A stretch of 34,141 nt of DNA from Bacteroidales bacterium (GCA_035403765.1 DAONFU010000005.1:1-34141), one strand, 5' to 3'; counted from the stretch's first letter, positions 23,804 to 34,043 are shown. Notes: generated by a model from the sequence alone, not told the origin. Program-made: numbers and translations.

Positions 23804-25312
23804 ATGAGCAAAGACAATTTCACAGAATTAAACCCCAATCCTTTGGTTGGGTTTCTCGACAAACCATCCAAAGATTTCACCAAAAACGATTTGATAAGGT
23901 TTGTCAAAGAAAACGGGATCAAAATGATTAATTTCAGGTATGTGGGTGGCGACAACCGCCTGAAAACCATGAATATCTGCATCAACAACCTCAAGCACCT
24001 CGACACCGTCTTGTCTACTGGTGAGCGGGTGGATGGTTCCAGCCTGTTCTCTTATATAGAAGCCGGTTCCAGCGACCTGTACGTGATACCGAGGTTCCGC
24101 TCAGCCTTTGTTGATCCTTTCAGCAGCATACCCACGTTAAACATATTATGTTCGTACTTCAACAAAGACGGCGAACCCCTCGCTTCTTCTCCGGAATATA
24201 TTCTGCACAAAGCACACAATGTGCTCAAAGAAAAAACCGGCCTTACCTTTGAAACCATGGGCGAACTGGAATATTACCTGATCAGCGAAAAAGATGACCT
24301 TTTCAGGGCCGGCGACCAAAGAGGTTACCATGAATCTTCACCATACAACAAATTCGAAGATTTCCGTACCGAAGCCCTGCAGGAAATTGTACGTTGCGGA
24401 GGCCTGGTAAAATATGCTCATTCCGAAGTGGGAAACTTTTCTATCGACAATTTGGATTACGAGCAGGACGAAATAGAATTTTTGCCTGTAGATGTTGAAG
24501 AAGCGGCTGACCAGCTGGTAATTGCCAAATGGGTTCTCCGGAACCTGGCCTATAAATACGGTGTCAGCATCACGTTTGCGCCGAAAATCACTGCCGGTAA
24601 GGCCGGTAGCGGTATGCACATACATACCCGCCTGATGAAAGACGGCCGTAATGTGATGGTGGACAATAACGGCATCAGCGACACAGCCAAAAAAGCCATT
24701 GCCGGCTATCTTACCCTGGCTCCATCGCTCACCGCTTTTGGAAACACCAACCCCACCTCCTATTTCCGCCTGGTACCTCATCAGGAAGCTCCTACCAACA
24801 TTTGCTGGGGCGACAGAAACCGTTCCGTGCTGGTCAGAGTGCCCCTGGGATGGTGTGGCGCCAACGACATGATAAAAAAGGCAAATCCCCTGGAAGATGT
24901 GCCTACCGACGATTTCACCGACAAACAAACCGTGGAATTCCGCTGTCCCGATGGCTCCGCCGATATCTACCTCCTGCTGGCAGGGCTCACCGTTGCCGCC
25001 CGTCATGGGTTCGAAATGGAAAACTCCCTGCAGTTTGCTAAAGACACCTATGTGGACGTCAATATTTTTTCAGAAGAATTTAAAGACAAATTGCACAAAC
25101 TCGACACCCTGCCGTTTTCATGCTGGGCATCAGCCGAAATGCTGGAAAAACAAGCCGACATTTACAAAAAGCACGGCGTCTTTTCACAGCAGATTATCGA
25201 CGGCATCGTCAACAACCTGAAAAAATTCAACGACCAAGACCTCCGCGCCCGTCTTAAAGACGACAAAGTAGGGATGCTGGACCTGGTAGAAAGATATTTT
25301 CATTGCGGATAA
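23804..25312 (+). CDS. glnA: Glutamine synthetase (about 500-aa form)
   Basis: The N-terminal beta-grasp region reads IKMINFRYVGGDNRLKT. The catalytic domain has ELEYYLI, HSEVGN..QDEIEF, GSGMHIHTRL, NPTSYFRLVP..EAP and WGDRNRSVLVRVP. Confidence 0.9.
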   Translation: MSKDNFTELNPNPLVGFLDKPSKDFTKNDLIRFVKENGIKMINFRYVGGDNRLKTMNICINNLKHLDTVLSTGERVDGSSLFSYIEAGSSDLYVIPRFRSAFVDPFSSIPTLNILCSYFNKDGEPLASSPEYILHKAHNVLKEKTGLTFETMGELEYYLISEKDDLFRAGDQRGYHESSPYNKFEDFRTEALQEIVRCGGLVKYAHSEVGNFSIDNLDYEQDEIEFLPVDVEEAADQLVIAKWVLRNLAYKYGVSITFAPKITAGKAGSGMHIHTRLMKDGRNVMVDNNGISDTAKKAIAGYLTLAPSLTAFGNTNPTSYFRLVPHQEAPTNICWGDRNRSVLVRVPLGWCGANDMIKKANPLEDVPTDDFTDKQTVEFRCPDGSADIYLLLAGLTVAARHGFEMENSLQFAKDTYVDVNIFSEEFKDKLHKLDTLPFSCWASAEMLEKQADIYKKHGVFSQQIIDGIVNNLKKFNDQDLRARLKDDKVGMLDLVERYFHCG

Positions 25313-25456
25313 TGGCATAAAAAACCAGCACAATCCGGGACGAGTGATAAGCTATTGACACGAATCAAGCAGTGCTATATCCTGACATTTATGTCAAAAG
25401 CTTATCACTAATCTGTTTATACAATTATTAATACAGAGAAATACAGGATAAAATGG

Positions 25457-25464
25457 TACTTTTG
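25457..25464 (+). promoter_or_regulatory. Candidate -7 promoter box (TACTTTTG) upstream of the GT4 gene
   Basis: Matches TAnnTTTG and lies 32 nt upstream of the ATG at 25496. It sits in the loop of a 9-bp inverted repeat, caggataaa / tttatcctg. Confidence 0.3.
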
Positions 25465-25495
25465 TATTATCATTTATTTATCCTGTTAATCAGCT

Positions 25496-26749
25496 ATGGG
25501 CGAAAAAGCACGTGTGCTTTATATTTCGTATGACGGCATGACCGACCCGCTGGGACAGTCGCAGGTTATTCCCTATCTGGCAGGATTAAGCCGCAAGGGT
25601 TACCGTATTCATCTGTTGAGTTGTGAGAAAAAAAAGCGTTTCGCCCAACATCAGCAACAGGTTTACGACCTGCTGGACAAGGCAGGTATTACCTGGCACC
25701 CGATATCCTATACTGCCCGCCCGCCAGTGGTTTCCACCATTTATGATATCCGCCGGTTGCTGGCCACCGCCCGCCGCCTGCATAAAGAACATGGCTTTTC
25801 GCTGGTGCATTGCCGAAGTTATATTGCAGCATTTGCCGGACTATACCTGAAAAAGCAAGGTGTCCGGTTTGTCTTTGACATGAGGGGTTTCTGGGCCGAC
25901 GAACGGGTGGAGGGCGGCCTCTGGAACCTCAAAAACCCCGTTTACCGCGCAATATACAAGTATTTTAAACGCAAAGAACGCCAATACCTGCTCCAGGCCG
26001 ACCATGTAATCACCCTGACCGAAAAGGCAAAACAATTGATTCAAACGCATTTTGGGCTGTACGATAAGGTTCCCGAAATCAGTGTAACTCCCTGTTGCGC
26101 CGACACACAATTTTTTTCTGAAAACAATATTGACTACACCGAAAGAGAAGCGCTGGCCCGTCAGCTGACAATAAAACAGGACGACCTGATCATTACCTAT
26201 TCGGGCTCTCTGGGCACCTGGTATATGCTCGACGAAATGCTGGATTTTTTCAAACAGTTATCCTCCGTTTTTCCCAAGGCAAAGTTTTTGTTTATCACCC
26301 ACGACGAGCCGGAAAAAATTTTTGCCAAAGCCAAAACAAAAAATATTGATACTGCCAAAATTCTGATTCACCGGGCATTTTACAAGCAAATGCCATTGGC
26401 GCTTTCGCTGACAAAAGTGGCACTGTTTTTCATACTTCCTGTGTACTCCAAACAAGCCTCTTCGCCCACCAAAATGGGCGAAATCATGAGTATGGGCATC
26501 CCGTTTATTACTAACAGCGGCGTGGGCGACGTTGATACCTTTGTGGAAAAAACCGGAGCAGGACTGCTTGTCGGGGATTTCACAAAAGAAGCTTATGCAA
26601 GGGCCATTTCAAAAATCCCCGGACTGCTGAAACTAAACCCTGCTGACATCAGAATCCTGGCCATGGAAGAGTATTCGCTGGACTACGGCATCAGTGTATA
26701 TTACAACGTCTATGAACAACTTACCGCAAAGCCCCAACCCGTGCTATGA
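25496..26749 (+). CDS. Glycosyltransferase, GT4 (GT-B fold) family
   Basis: VLYISYDGMTDPLGQSQVIPYL is the N-terminal GT-B sugar-acceptor domain. The C-terminal region has SPTKMGEIMSMGIPFITN, which is E-x7-E-like. It is 417 aa. Confidence 0.7.
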   Translation: MGEKARVLYISYDGMTDPLGQSQVIPYLAGLSRKGYRIHLLSCEKKKRFAQHQQQVYDLLDKAGITWHPISYTARPPVVSTIYDIRRLLATARRLHKEHGFSLVHCRSYIAAFAGLYLKKQGVRFVFDMRGFWADERVEGGLWNLKNPVYRAIYKYFKRKERQYLLQADHVITLTEKAKQLIQTHFGLYDKVPEISVTPCCADTQFFSENNIDYTEREALARQLTIKQDDLIITYSGSLGTWYMLDEMLDFFKQLSSVFPKAKFLFITHDEPEKIFAKAKTKNIDTAKILIHRAFYKQMPLALSLTKVALFFILPVYSKQASSPTKMGEIMSMGIPFITNSGVGDVDTFVEKTGAGLLVGDFTKEAYARAISKIPGLLKLNPADIRILAMEEYSLDYGISVYYNVYEQLTAKPQPVL

Positions 26750-29193
26750 CACCCCGTTCTGATAAGCACGAAAAAAAAATCGGCTTCGACCAGATCCGGC
26801 AGTTAGTAGCCGGCTACTGCCTTAGCGAACCGGGAAAACAGCAACTGCAGAAGATTGCATTTTCAAATGTGTTTCAAGAAATTCAGCAGGCACTGGATCT
26901 TACAGCCGAGATGAAAACCTTGTTGACCACGGATGACCCATTTCCTTCTGATGATTATTACGACCTTGGCGATGAACTCGCAAGGCTAAACACAGCGGGA
27001 ACTTTCATCGAAATTGAGGAAATGAACAACCTGCGCCTCTCTTATACCGTCATTCAGGATATCCACCAATATATCCGGCAAAGGCAGGACAAGTATCCCC
27101 GCCTCGACCAGATGGCCTCCACTGTAATTATCCACAGCGATGTTATTCTGAAAATCAACAGGATACTCAACGAAAAAGGCCAGATCAGAGACGATGCCTC
27201 GGAAGAGTTAAAAACTATTCGTATGAGCATGGCCGCGGTACAATCGCAGATTGGTAAACGCACCCGGCAGATATTGATGACCCTGAAAAAAGACGATATC
27301 ATACATGCCGACACTGAAATGACGGTGCGTAACGGCCGCTGTGTAATTCCCATGGCTGCAGCCGACAAGCGAAGGATAAAGGGCTTTGTGCATGATGAAT
27401 CCGCCACGGGTCAAACTGTTTTTATCGAGCCTGCCGAAATTTTCGAGATGAACAATCAGTTGCGAGAGCTCGAAAATGCCGAAAGAAAGGCAATAATAAA
27501 AATTCTCATCCTGTTTACTGACTCTATCAGGCCAATTCTCGGGGAACTGCTGCAAGGGTACGAGTTTCTCGCAACCATCGATTTTAACCGGGCCAAAGCC
27601 CTGTTTGCCATCGGCACCAATGCCGTCAGGCCGCTACTATCGCCAAGGCCAGGCCTGAATTGGCTCAGGGCCGTCAACCCCCTGTTGCATCTGCATTTAA
27701 AAGAAAAAAACAAAAAGCTTGTGCCCTACGACATCAACCTGAATGACAAGCAAAGGATATTGGTTATTTCGGGGCCCAACGCCGGCGGAAAATCGGTGTG
27801 CCTCAAAACCATCGGCCTGTTGCAATACATGTTACAATGCGGGTTTTTGATCCCGGTGAACGAAGGTTCAGAAGCCGGAATTTTTTCGGAAATCTTTATT
27901 GAAATCGGCGACGAACAATCTATCGAAAACGACCTCAGCACTTACAGTTCACACCTGCTGAACCTGAAAAGATTTATTGAAAATGCTAATGAACACACCT
28001 TATTTTTGATTGATGAATTCGGCAGTGGTACCGAACCGATTCTTGGTGGAGCCATAGCCGAAGCTACCCTGGAGGCTTTAAACAACAAAAAATCTTTCGG
28101 GGCGGTAACCACCCATTATGCCAACATCAAAGAATTTGCCGCTAAAACCGACGGTATTAGTAACGCCTCTATGCTGTTCGATACAGCCAAGCTCCTGCCC
28201 TTATTCAAACTTAACATCGGCCACCCGGGAAGCTCGTATGCCCTCGAAATAGCCGACAGCATTGGGTTTCCGAAGCACATCACCGAAAGAGCTACAAGCA
28301 TTGCCGGAATGGAACACATTTCATTTGAAAAACAGATGAAGATTTTTGAAGCCGACAAGGAAGCGATGTTGCTCCAGCAGGAAAAAGTGAGAATGGCCGA
28401 CGAGTTTTTTTCGGAAATGATTGACAAATACCAAACACTACTGTCGGAACTGGAATCGCAGAAAAAAACAATCATTACTGAAGCACAACAACAGGCCGCC
28501 CTGCTGCTGCAAAATGCCAACAAAGCCATTGAAAACACCATACGGCAGATAAAAGAATCGGGGGCCGAAAAGGAAAAAACCAAACAATTAAGAGGTGAAC
28601 TCCAGGAACTGAAAGAAAAAATTATTTCCGAAAAGAATCCCGAAGAAATTATTATTAAACCTCCGGTCGCAAAAAAACAAAAACCTGCAATAGCAGGCAT
28701 CAAAGCCGAAAAGAAAGCCATTATCCTTCAAAAAGGAAATTTTGTGCGTCTGCCCGGACAAAAAAATATCGGCGAAATACTCGAAGTGCACAACGGGCAG
28801 GCCCAGGTGCTTTATGATAATATAAAAATCAGGATACCCGTGGCACAGCTGGAAATGGTGGAACCTTCCAAGTACAGGGATTTTATTAAAAAGAAAACAC
28901 GTACCAACTACGCGGAAATCAGCGGAAAAATGATTGAAAAAGTAGCCGATTTTAAGACCACCCTCGATGTGCGCGGAAAAAGAGCAGAAGAAATTACCGA
29001 AATCATAGAAAAATATATTGACGATGCCTTGTTGCTGAAAATATATAATGTGAGGATACTTCACGGCAAGGGGTCGGGAGTGCTGCGTTCCATCATCCAC
29101 CAACTGTTGTCGGGGCACCGCAGCGTGGTGGCTTTTGAAAACGAGCATGTGGAACACGGCGGCGACGGCATTACCGTAGTTTCTTTAAAATAA
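26746..29193 (+). CDS. mutS2: Endonuclease MutS2 (MutS domain V ATPase plus C-terminal Smr domain)
   Basis: Walker A ISGPNAGGKSVCLKT, LIDEFGSGTEP, THY, a long coiled-coil linker, and a C-terminal Smr domain (LDVRGKRAEE...ILHGKGSGVLR). The ATG overlaps the GT4 stop (ATGA). Confidence 0.9.
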   Translation: MTPRSDKHEKKIGFDQIRQLVAGYCLSEPGKQQLQKIAFSNVFQEIQQALDLTAEMKTLLTTDDPFPSDDYYDLGDELARLNTAGTFIEIEEMNNLRLSYTVIQDIHQYIRQRQDKYPRLDQMASTVIIHSDVILKINRILNEKGQIRDDASEELKTIRMSMAAVQSQIGKRTRQILMTLKKDDIIHADTEMTVRNGRCVIPMAAADKRRIKGFVHDESATGQTVFIEPAEIFEMNNQLRELENAERKAIIKILILFTDSIRPILGELLQGYEFLATIDFNRAKALFAIGTNAVRPLLSPRPGLNWLRAVNPLLHLHLKEKNKKLVPYDINLNDKQRILVISGPNAGGKSVCLKTIGLLQYMLQCGFLIPVNEGSEAGIFSEIFIEIGDEQSIENDLSTYSSHLLNLKRFIENANEHTLFLIDEFGSGTEPILGGAIAEATLEALNNKKSFGAVTTHYANIKEFAAKTDGISNASMLFDTAKLLPLFKLNIGHPGSSYALEIADSIGFPKHITERATSIAGMEHISFEKQMKIFEADKEAMLLQQEKVRMADEFFSEMIDKYQTLLSELESQKKTIITEAQQQAALLLQNANKAIENTIRQIKESGAEKEKTKQLRGELQELKEKIISEKNPEEIIIKPPVAKKQKPAIAGIKAEKKAIILQKGNFVRLPGQKNIGEILEVHNGQAQVLYDNIKIRIPVAQLEMVEPSKYRDFIKKKTRTNYAEISGKMIEKVADFKTTLDVRGKRAEEITEIIEKYIDDALLLKIYNVRILHGKGSGVLRSIIHQLLSGHRSVVAFENEHVEHGGDGITVVSLK

Positions 29194-29235
29194 GTTTGGA
29201 CTGATTATTGATAAAAAAACAAAAATATTCTTTTT

Positions 29236-29646
29236 ATGAAAAATGTGACCATGCTACTTTTAATGGCTTTTATTTTTGCCATTCCAGCTAATATTTCAGC
29301 AAACATAGACACACACAAACAAAACAGTTCCAACGGGGTATTAATACTTACGGATAAAAACTTCGAAAAGACTATAAAGAAGGGTATCGTCCTGGTTGAT
29401 TTTTGGGCTGTATGGTGCGGGCCCTGCAGGATCCTTGGCCCCATCATCGAAGAGCTGGCTCTGGAAATAGGAAAAAAAGCCATCGTAGGCAAAATGGATA
29501 CCGATCAAAATAATCTCACCTCCCTTAAATACGACATCAGGTATCTGCCCACCATCATCATTTTCAAAGATGGTGTTCCCGCCAAACGTTTTGTCGGGTT
29601 GCAGACCAAAGAAACCCTGATCAACGCTATCGAACAACTTCAGTAA
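29236..29646 (+). CDS. Thioredoxin with an N-terminal signal peptide (exported)
   Basis: WAVWCGPC active site. The N-terminus MKNVTMLLLMAFIFAIPANISA looks like a cleavable signal sequence. Confidence 0.85.
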   Translation: MKNVTMLLLMAFIFAIPANISANIDTHKQNSSNGVLILTDKNFEKTIKKGIVLVDFWAVWCGPCRILGPIIEELALEIGKKAIVGKMDTDQNNLTSLKYDIRYLPTIIIFKDGVPAKRFVGLQTKETLINAIEQLQ

Positions 29647-29650
29647 ATTC

Positions 29651-29902
29651 ATGGAAAACAGCAAGCCTGACAGTCCGGAGACGGGCAGAAAAAAGTTTAC
29701 AGAGCAGCTAAAAAAGGCCTTCGCCCTAAGGCATGTCGCCGGTATGATTGCCGGAGGCATAGGTGGTTTCCTGTATTTTTATTTTTCGAAATGCGCTGAC
29801 GGCGCCTGTTCCCTCAAAGCCAACCCGCTTTTTTATACCTTTCTGGGAATTTTGCTGGGCTATCTGATAGGAGATCTTTTTAAAAAGAAAAAACAAAGTT
29901 AA
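29651..29902 (+). CDS. Small two-TM membrane protein with a CxxxxC motif
   Basis: 83 aa. It has GMIAGGIGGFLYFYFSKCADGACSLKANPLFYTFLGILLGYLIG and starts 5 nt after the thioredoxin stop. I am not confident of the family. Confidence 0.45.
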   Translation: MENSKPDSPETGRKKFTEQLKKAFALRHVAGMIAGGIGGFLYFYFSKCADGACSLKANPLFYTFLGILLGYLIGDLFKKKKQS

Positions 29903-29908
29903 TTTGTA

Positions 29909-29924
29909 AATAAGCGCGCTTATT
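29909..29924. terminator. Perfect 16-nt palindrome aataagcgcgcttatt followed by a T-rich tract (weak terminator candidate)
   Basis: It lies directly after the stop of 29651..29902 and before the UbiA-family gene. The stem is AT-rich, so support is weak. Confidence 0.25.
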
Positions 29925-29952
29925 GTTTCCTTTGCTGCAAGAAAAACAAACA

Positions 29953-30831
29953 ATGGCGGCAGCATTGTGTAAAAGGATTTCAGCGTTTTCGTCCCTGGTA
30001 AAAATATCACATACGATATTTTCTTTGCCTTTTGCGGTCATTGGATTTTTTCTGGCTTTGAAGCATCAGGGAAGCACTTTCGAACTGAAAACCTTTGTAC
30101 TCGTAATACTTTGTGTGTTTTTTGCCCGTAACGCCGCCATGAGTTTCAACCGTATTGCCGACCGCCATATCGACAGGGAAAATCCGCGCACACAACAGCG
30201 CGACCTACCTGCAGGTAAAATAAGTCTGCCTTATGCTTATTTTTTTTTGGCAGTCAACATTGTATTGTTTATTGCCACCACTTATTTTCTAAATTTCTTG
30301 TGTTTTTGTCTTTCGCCCCTGGCTTTGCTGGTGATTTTGGGCTATAGCTACACCAAACGATTTACCTGGCTGTCGCATTTTGTTTTGGGCCTTGGGCTGG
30401 CCATGGCGCCCACCGGGGCTTACCTGGCCGTAACGGCACATTTTCACTACATCCCCCTGCTGTATTCGCTCGCGGTGCTTTGCTGGGTCAGCGGGTTTGA
30501 CATCATCTATGCGTTGAGCGACATCAATTTCGACAAAAAACAAGGCCTGCATTCCATCCCTGAACGTTTTGGCATAACCGCCTCTTTAGTCTTTTCCTTG
30601 CTGCTGCACTGTGTATCCATGCTTGTCATCATCGCCGCAGGCATAGCCAATCACCAGGGGTGGTATTTCTGGGCAGGTACGGCCATCTTTGCCGCCCTGC
30701 TTTTTTATCAGCACTATATGGTAAGGCCTCACGACCTGAGCCGAGTTAATTTCGCATTCTTTACCCTCAATGGCCTATCAGGCCTGATATTGTTGCTTTT
30801 CTTTCTTCTTGATTTTTTTCTTTTGATATAA
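29953..30831 (+). CDS. UbiA-family aromatic polyprenyltransferase (4-hydroxybenzoate polyprenyltransferase-like)
   Basis: NRIADRHIDRENPRTQQRDLPAG is the first Asp-rich motif region, and YALSDINFDKKQGLHSIP is the second. There are about 8-9 TM segments. The start was set to the ATG at 29953; the tracked ORF begins at a TTG at 29923. Confidence 0.8.
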   Translation: MAAALCKRISAFSSLVKISHTIFSLPFAVIGFFLALKHQGSTFELKTFVLVILCVFFARNAAMSFNRIADRHIDRENPRTQQRDLPAGKISLPYAYFFLAVNIVLFIATTYFLNFLCFCLSPLALLVILGYSYTKRFTWLSHFVLGLGLAMAPTGAYLAVTAHFHYIPLLYSLAVLCWVSGFDIIYALSDINFDKKQGLHSIPERFGITASLVFSLLLHCVSMLVIIAAGIANHQGWYFWAGTAIFAALLFYQHYMVRPHDLSRVNFAFFTLNGLSGLILLLFFLLDFFLLI

Positions 30832-30914
30832 AACCGATACATTGTTTTTTTTATCTGCTGTCAATTATTATATTTGCATTCATTAACAATAACATTCATT
30901 ATAAAACTTAATTT

Positions 30915-31964
30915 ATGAAAAAGTCAGTTTTTGTACTTTTCTTTCTTTTGCTGGTTTATATGGTCAGCGCCCAGGAAGTTTCCACCGACACCTTGTTTAA
31001 AGGCGATTATCAGAACGCTGAAAAGGTTTATAACGACGGGGTGAAATTTTTTGAAAACAAAAAATACAACGAAGCCATAAAAAAGTTTTCTGAAGCCATC
31101 GCCCTGAAACCTGATTTTGAAAAAGCTTATTTCAACAGAGCTGCCGTAAGTATGGAACAGGGCAAATTTCAGGAAGCCCTCTCCGATTTTTCCAGATACA
31201 TAGACCTTACACCCACCGCCAACGCATATTTCAGCAGAGGAAAATGCCGTTTCGAGCTGAAAGACCATGACAATGCCCTGGCTGATTTTACCAATGCCCT
31301 GGCCTTGGATGTCAATCATGCTCAGGCATACTACTACCGGGGAGAAATACTCTTTGAAAAAAATGAATACGAAAAAGCCATCAGCGATTTTGATGCGGCA
31401 ATAAAAAATAAACCGGATTACGCCTATGCTTACAACGATAGGGGAAGTGCAAAAGTAAAACTCGACAAATATGAAGAAGCAAAAGCAGACTACTACCTGG
31501 CAACACAAATTAATCCCAATATGCCTTTTACCTATAACAACCTCGGCAGCGCAAAAAAGAAATTAAAAGATTTTAAAGGCGCTATCGCCGATTATTCCAC
31601 TGCTATACAAAAAAAACCAGACTATTTTATTGCCTATAACAACCGCGGTACCGCGCATTTTGAACTGGAGGAATATGAAGATGCCATCAAAGATTTTGAC
31701 CAGGCCATAAAACTCAACCCCACGTATTTTTATGCTTACAACAATCGCGGCAATGCAAAATTCAAACGGCAGGATTATGAAGGCGCCATTGCCGACTATA
31801 GCAAAGCCATTGAACTCAACTCCAGCTATGGCTATGCCTTCCTGAACCGCGGCATTGCCTACGAAATGTTGCGAAAACCACAAAATTCCTGCGAAGACTG
31901 GAAAAAAGCAGCCTTGTTGGGTATCACCACCGCAGCCAGTTATTCAAATCTACAATGCAAATAA
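30915..31964 (+). CDS. Secreted TPR repeat protein
   Basis: Signal peptide MKKSVFVLFFLLLVYMVSAQ, followed by about 8 tandem 34-aa TPR units (A..Y.NRG.A...L..Y..AI.D...AI.L.P). Confidence 0.85.
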   Translation: MKKSVFVLFFLLLVYMVSAQEVSTDTLFKGDYQNAEKVYNDGVKFFENKKYNEAIKKFSEAIALKPDFEKAYFNRAAVSMEQGKFQEALSDFSRYIDLTPTANAYFSRGKCRFELKDHDNALADFTNALALDVNHAQAYYYRGEILFEKNEYEKAISDFDAAIKNKPDYAYAYNDRGSAKVKLDKYEEAKADYYLATQINPNMPFTYNNLGSAKKKLKDFKGAIADYSTAIQKKPDYFIAYNNRGTAHFELEEYEDAIKDFDQAIKLNPTYFYAYNNRGNAKFKRQDYEGAIADYSKAIELNSSYGYAFLNRGIAYEMLRKPQNSCEDWKKAALLGITTAASYSNLQCK

Positions 31965-31991
31965 TAATTTCATCATTCAAATAAATCCATC

Positions 31992-34043
31992 ATGAAAAAA
32001 AGATATTCCTTAGTTATCATTGCATTACTTTTCACTTTTTTTTCGTCGGCACAAAATGTCGAATTTGTTAAAAGCAATTTCAAGGGCAGAGAAAAAGAAT
32101 TTAAACAGGCAAGAAACAATTTTACTGTGGGACTAAAATATTACGACATGGGCAAAAGCATGTATGCCACAGCCCTTGAATATTTTTTAGACGCACAAAA
32201 ATTTAATCCCGATAATGCCAAACTTAATTACCTGATTGGCTCCTGTTACCTGAATACCGTGCAAAAAACAAAATCAATAGAATATTTTGAAAAATCACTG
32301 CGCTTAAACCCTCACGAATACAAAGACACAAAATTTAACCTGGCCAAGGCCTATCAACTGAATGCTGATTTCGACAGGGCGCTGGACCTTATCCGGCAGT
32401 ACAAACAATCATTGTCGCCCGCTGACCTGCAGCTGTCTTCAAACGAAATAGAAAAGAAAATAACGGAATGCGAAAACGGTAAAAAAATGATTGCCGCACC
32501 GGTAAGGGTATTTATTGACAACCTGGGCCCTATTGTAAATTCAGTTTTTCCAGAATATTCTCCCCTGATTGGCGCCGATGAATCGGTATTGTTTTTTACC
32601 TCAAGACGGGATAATACCACCGGGGGCAAACGTGATGAAAACGACCTTGGATTCTACGAAGACATCTATATGACTGAAAAAATCAATGGTTCGTGGGCGG
32701 CTCCGAAAAATCCACCCAACCCCCTGAACGGTAGTAAACACGATGCTACCGTAGGCCTTTCACCTGATGGACAAACCCTGCTGATCTACAAGGGAGTTAA
32801 CGGCGGCGATATCTACGAATGCAAACTAAAAGGAACCACCTGGTCAACCCCATCGCGCATAGGAGGCAACATTAATACAGATTATCACGAATCATCGGGC
32901 TCCATTTCCTACGATGGCAAAACCCTGTATTTTGTGAGCGACCGTGAAGGCGGGTTTGGCGGCAACGACATCTATATGTCGGTAAAAGACAAAAAAGGAA
33001 ACTGGGGAACACCCAAAAACCTTGGCGCAGGAATCAACACGCCATACAACGAAGAAGGTGTGTTTATTCATCCTGACGGAAAAACCCTGTATTTCAGTTC
33101 GCAGGGCCATAGCACCATGGGAGGGTACGACATCTTCAAATCGGTTTTTGACGGCACCAAATGGGGCGAACCCGAAAACATTGGATACCCTATCAATACT
33201 CCCGATGATGACGTGTTTTTCTCTATCTCGGCCAGCGGCGTGCATGGCTACTATTCGTCGGTAAAACAGGATGGACTGGGCGGTCAGGATATTTATGTCA
33301 TTACGTTCTTAGGTCCCGAAAAACCTGTGATTAACAACACCGAAGACAACCTGCTGGCCAGTATGGCACAGCCTGTCAACGAAACCGTGATCGAAAAACC
33401 CGTTGAAATAAAGGAAAACCAGGTAACGCTGCTTAAGGGAATTGTCATGGATGATATTACCCTGGCTCCTTTAGGCGCCACTATTGAGATTACGGATAAC
33501 GAACGCAATGAAGTAATAGGTACTTATGAATCGAACAGCGCTACCGGAAAATACCTGGTGTCATTACCTTCTGGTAAGAATTACGGTATCGCCGTGAAGG
33601 CTCCTGACTATTTGTTCCATTCCGAAAACATTATCATCCCACCTACCACTACGTATCGTGAAGTGGAAAAGGACATTAAACTAAAAAAAGTTGCCATAGG
33701 AAGCACTATTGTATTGAAGAACATCTTTTTTGATTTTGACAAATCAACTTTACGTTCAGAGTCAATACCCGAATTGGAAAGACTCCTGAAGTTTATGAAT
33801 GATTTTCCTGCCATAAAAATAGAAATCTCAGGACATACCGACAATATCGGTTCGGCTGCCTATAACAAGACCTTGTCGGAAAACAGGGCCAAGGCCGTGG
33901 TTGACTATTTAGTGAGCAAGGGAATTGATAAAAACAGGATGACCTATAAAGGCTTCGGTTTCGACCAGCCTATTGCCACCAACGATACGGAAGAAGGCCG
34001 TCAGCTAAACAGACGAACCGAGTTTAAGATTATCAGTAAATGA
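31992..34043 (+). CDS. OmpA-family protein with N-terminal TPR, PD40/TolB-like repeats and a C-terminal OmpA peptidoglycan-binding domain
   Basis: It has a signal peptide. Repeated Sxx(S/D)G.TLYF.S.R.GG.GG.DIY units are PD40-like. The C-terminus reads NIFFDFDKSTLR...ISGHTDNIGSAAYNKTLSENRAKAV..YL...GFG...P...N.T.EGR..NRRTEF, the OmpA_C signature. Confidence 0.9.
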   Translation: MKKRYSLVIIALLFTFFSSAQNVEFVKSNFKGREKEFKQARNNFTVGLKYYDMGKSMYATALEYFLDAQKFNPDNAKLNYLIGSCYLNTVQKTKSIEYFEKSLRLNPHEYKDTKFNLAKAYQLNADFDRALDLIRQYKQSLSPADLQLSSNEIEKKITECENGKKMIAAPVRVFIDNLGPIVNSVFPEYSPLIGADESVLFFTSRRDNTTGGKRDENDLGFYEDIYMTEKINGSWAAPKNPPNPLNGSKHDATVGLSPDGQTLLIYKGVNGGDIYECKLKGTTWSTPSRIGGNINTDYHESSGSISYDGKTLYFVSDREGGFGGNDIYMSVKDKKGNWGTPKNLGAGINTPYNEEGVFIHPDGKTLYFSSQGHSTMGGYDIFKSVFDGTKWGEPENIGYPINTPDDDVFFSISASGVHGYYSSVKQDGLGGQDIYVITFLGPEKPVINNTEDNLLASMAQPVNETVIEKPVEIKENQVTLLKGIVMDDITLAPLGATIEITDNERNEVIGTYESNSATGKYLVSLPSGKNYGIAVKAPDYLFHSENIIIPPTTTYREVEKDIKLKKVAIGSTIVLKNIFFDFDKSTLRSESIPELERLLKFMNDFPAIKIEISGHTDNIGSAAYNKTLSENRAKAVVDYLVSKGIDKNRMTYKGFGFDQPIATNDTEEGRQLNRRTEFKIISK

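Noticed and set aside
24338-25006. 222-aa minus-strand ORF inside glnA
   Set aside because: It is a shadow ORF opposite a gene with unambiguous glutamine synthetase motifs.
12899-25312. A glutamine/nitrogen metabolism supercluster (gatDE, Nit-family omega-amidase, glnA)
   Set aside because: The genes are separated by unrelated housekeeping genes on both strands (guanylyltransferase, SprT, mlaEF, cvpA, pgk, tRNA). They are clearly not co-transcribed, so the thematic link is probably coincidental.
28116-29157. 201-aa and 189-aa minus-strand ORFs inside mutS2
   Set aside because: They are antisense to the Lys/Glu-rich coiled-coil region of MutS2, which produces long Phe/Ser-rich open frames on the opposite strand by composition alone.
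30924-31508. 194-aa minus-strand ORF inside the TPR gene
   Set aside because: It is antisense to a gene with regular 34-aa TPR periodicity and a signal peptide, and nothing supports it independently.
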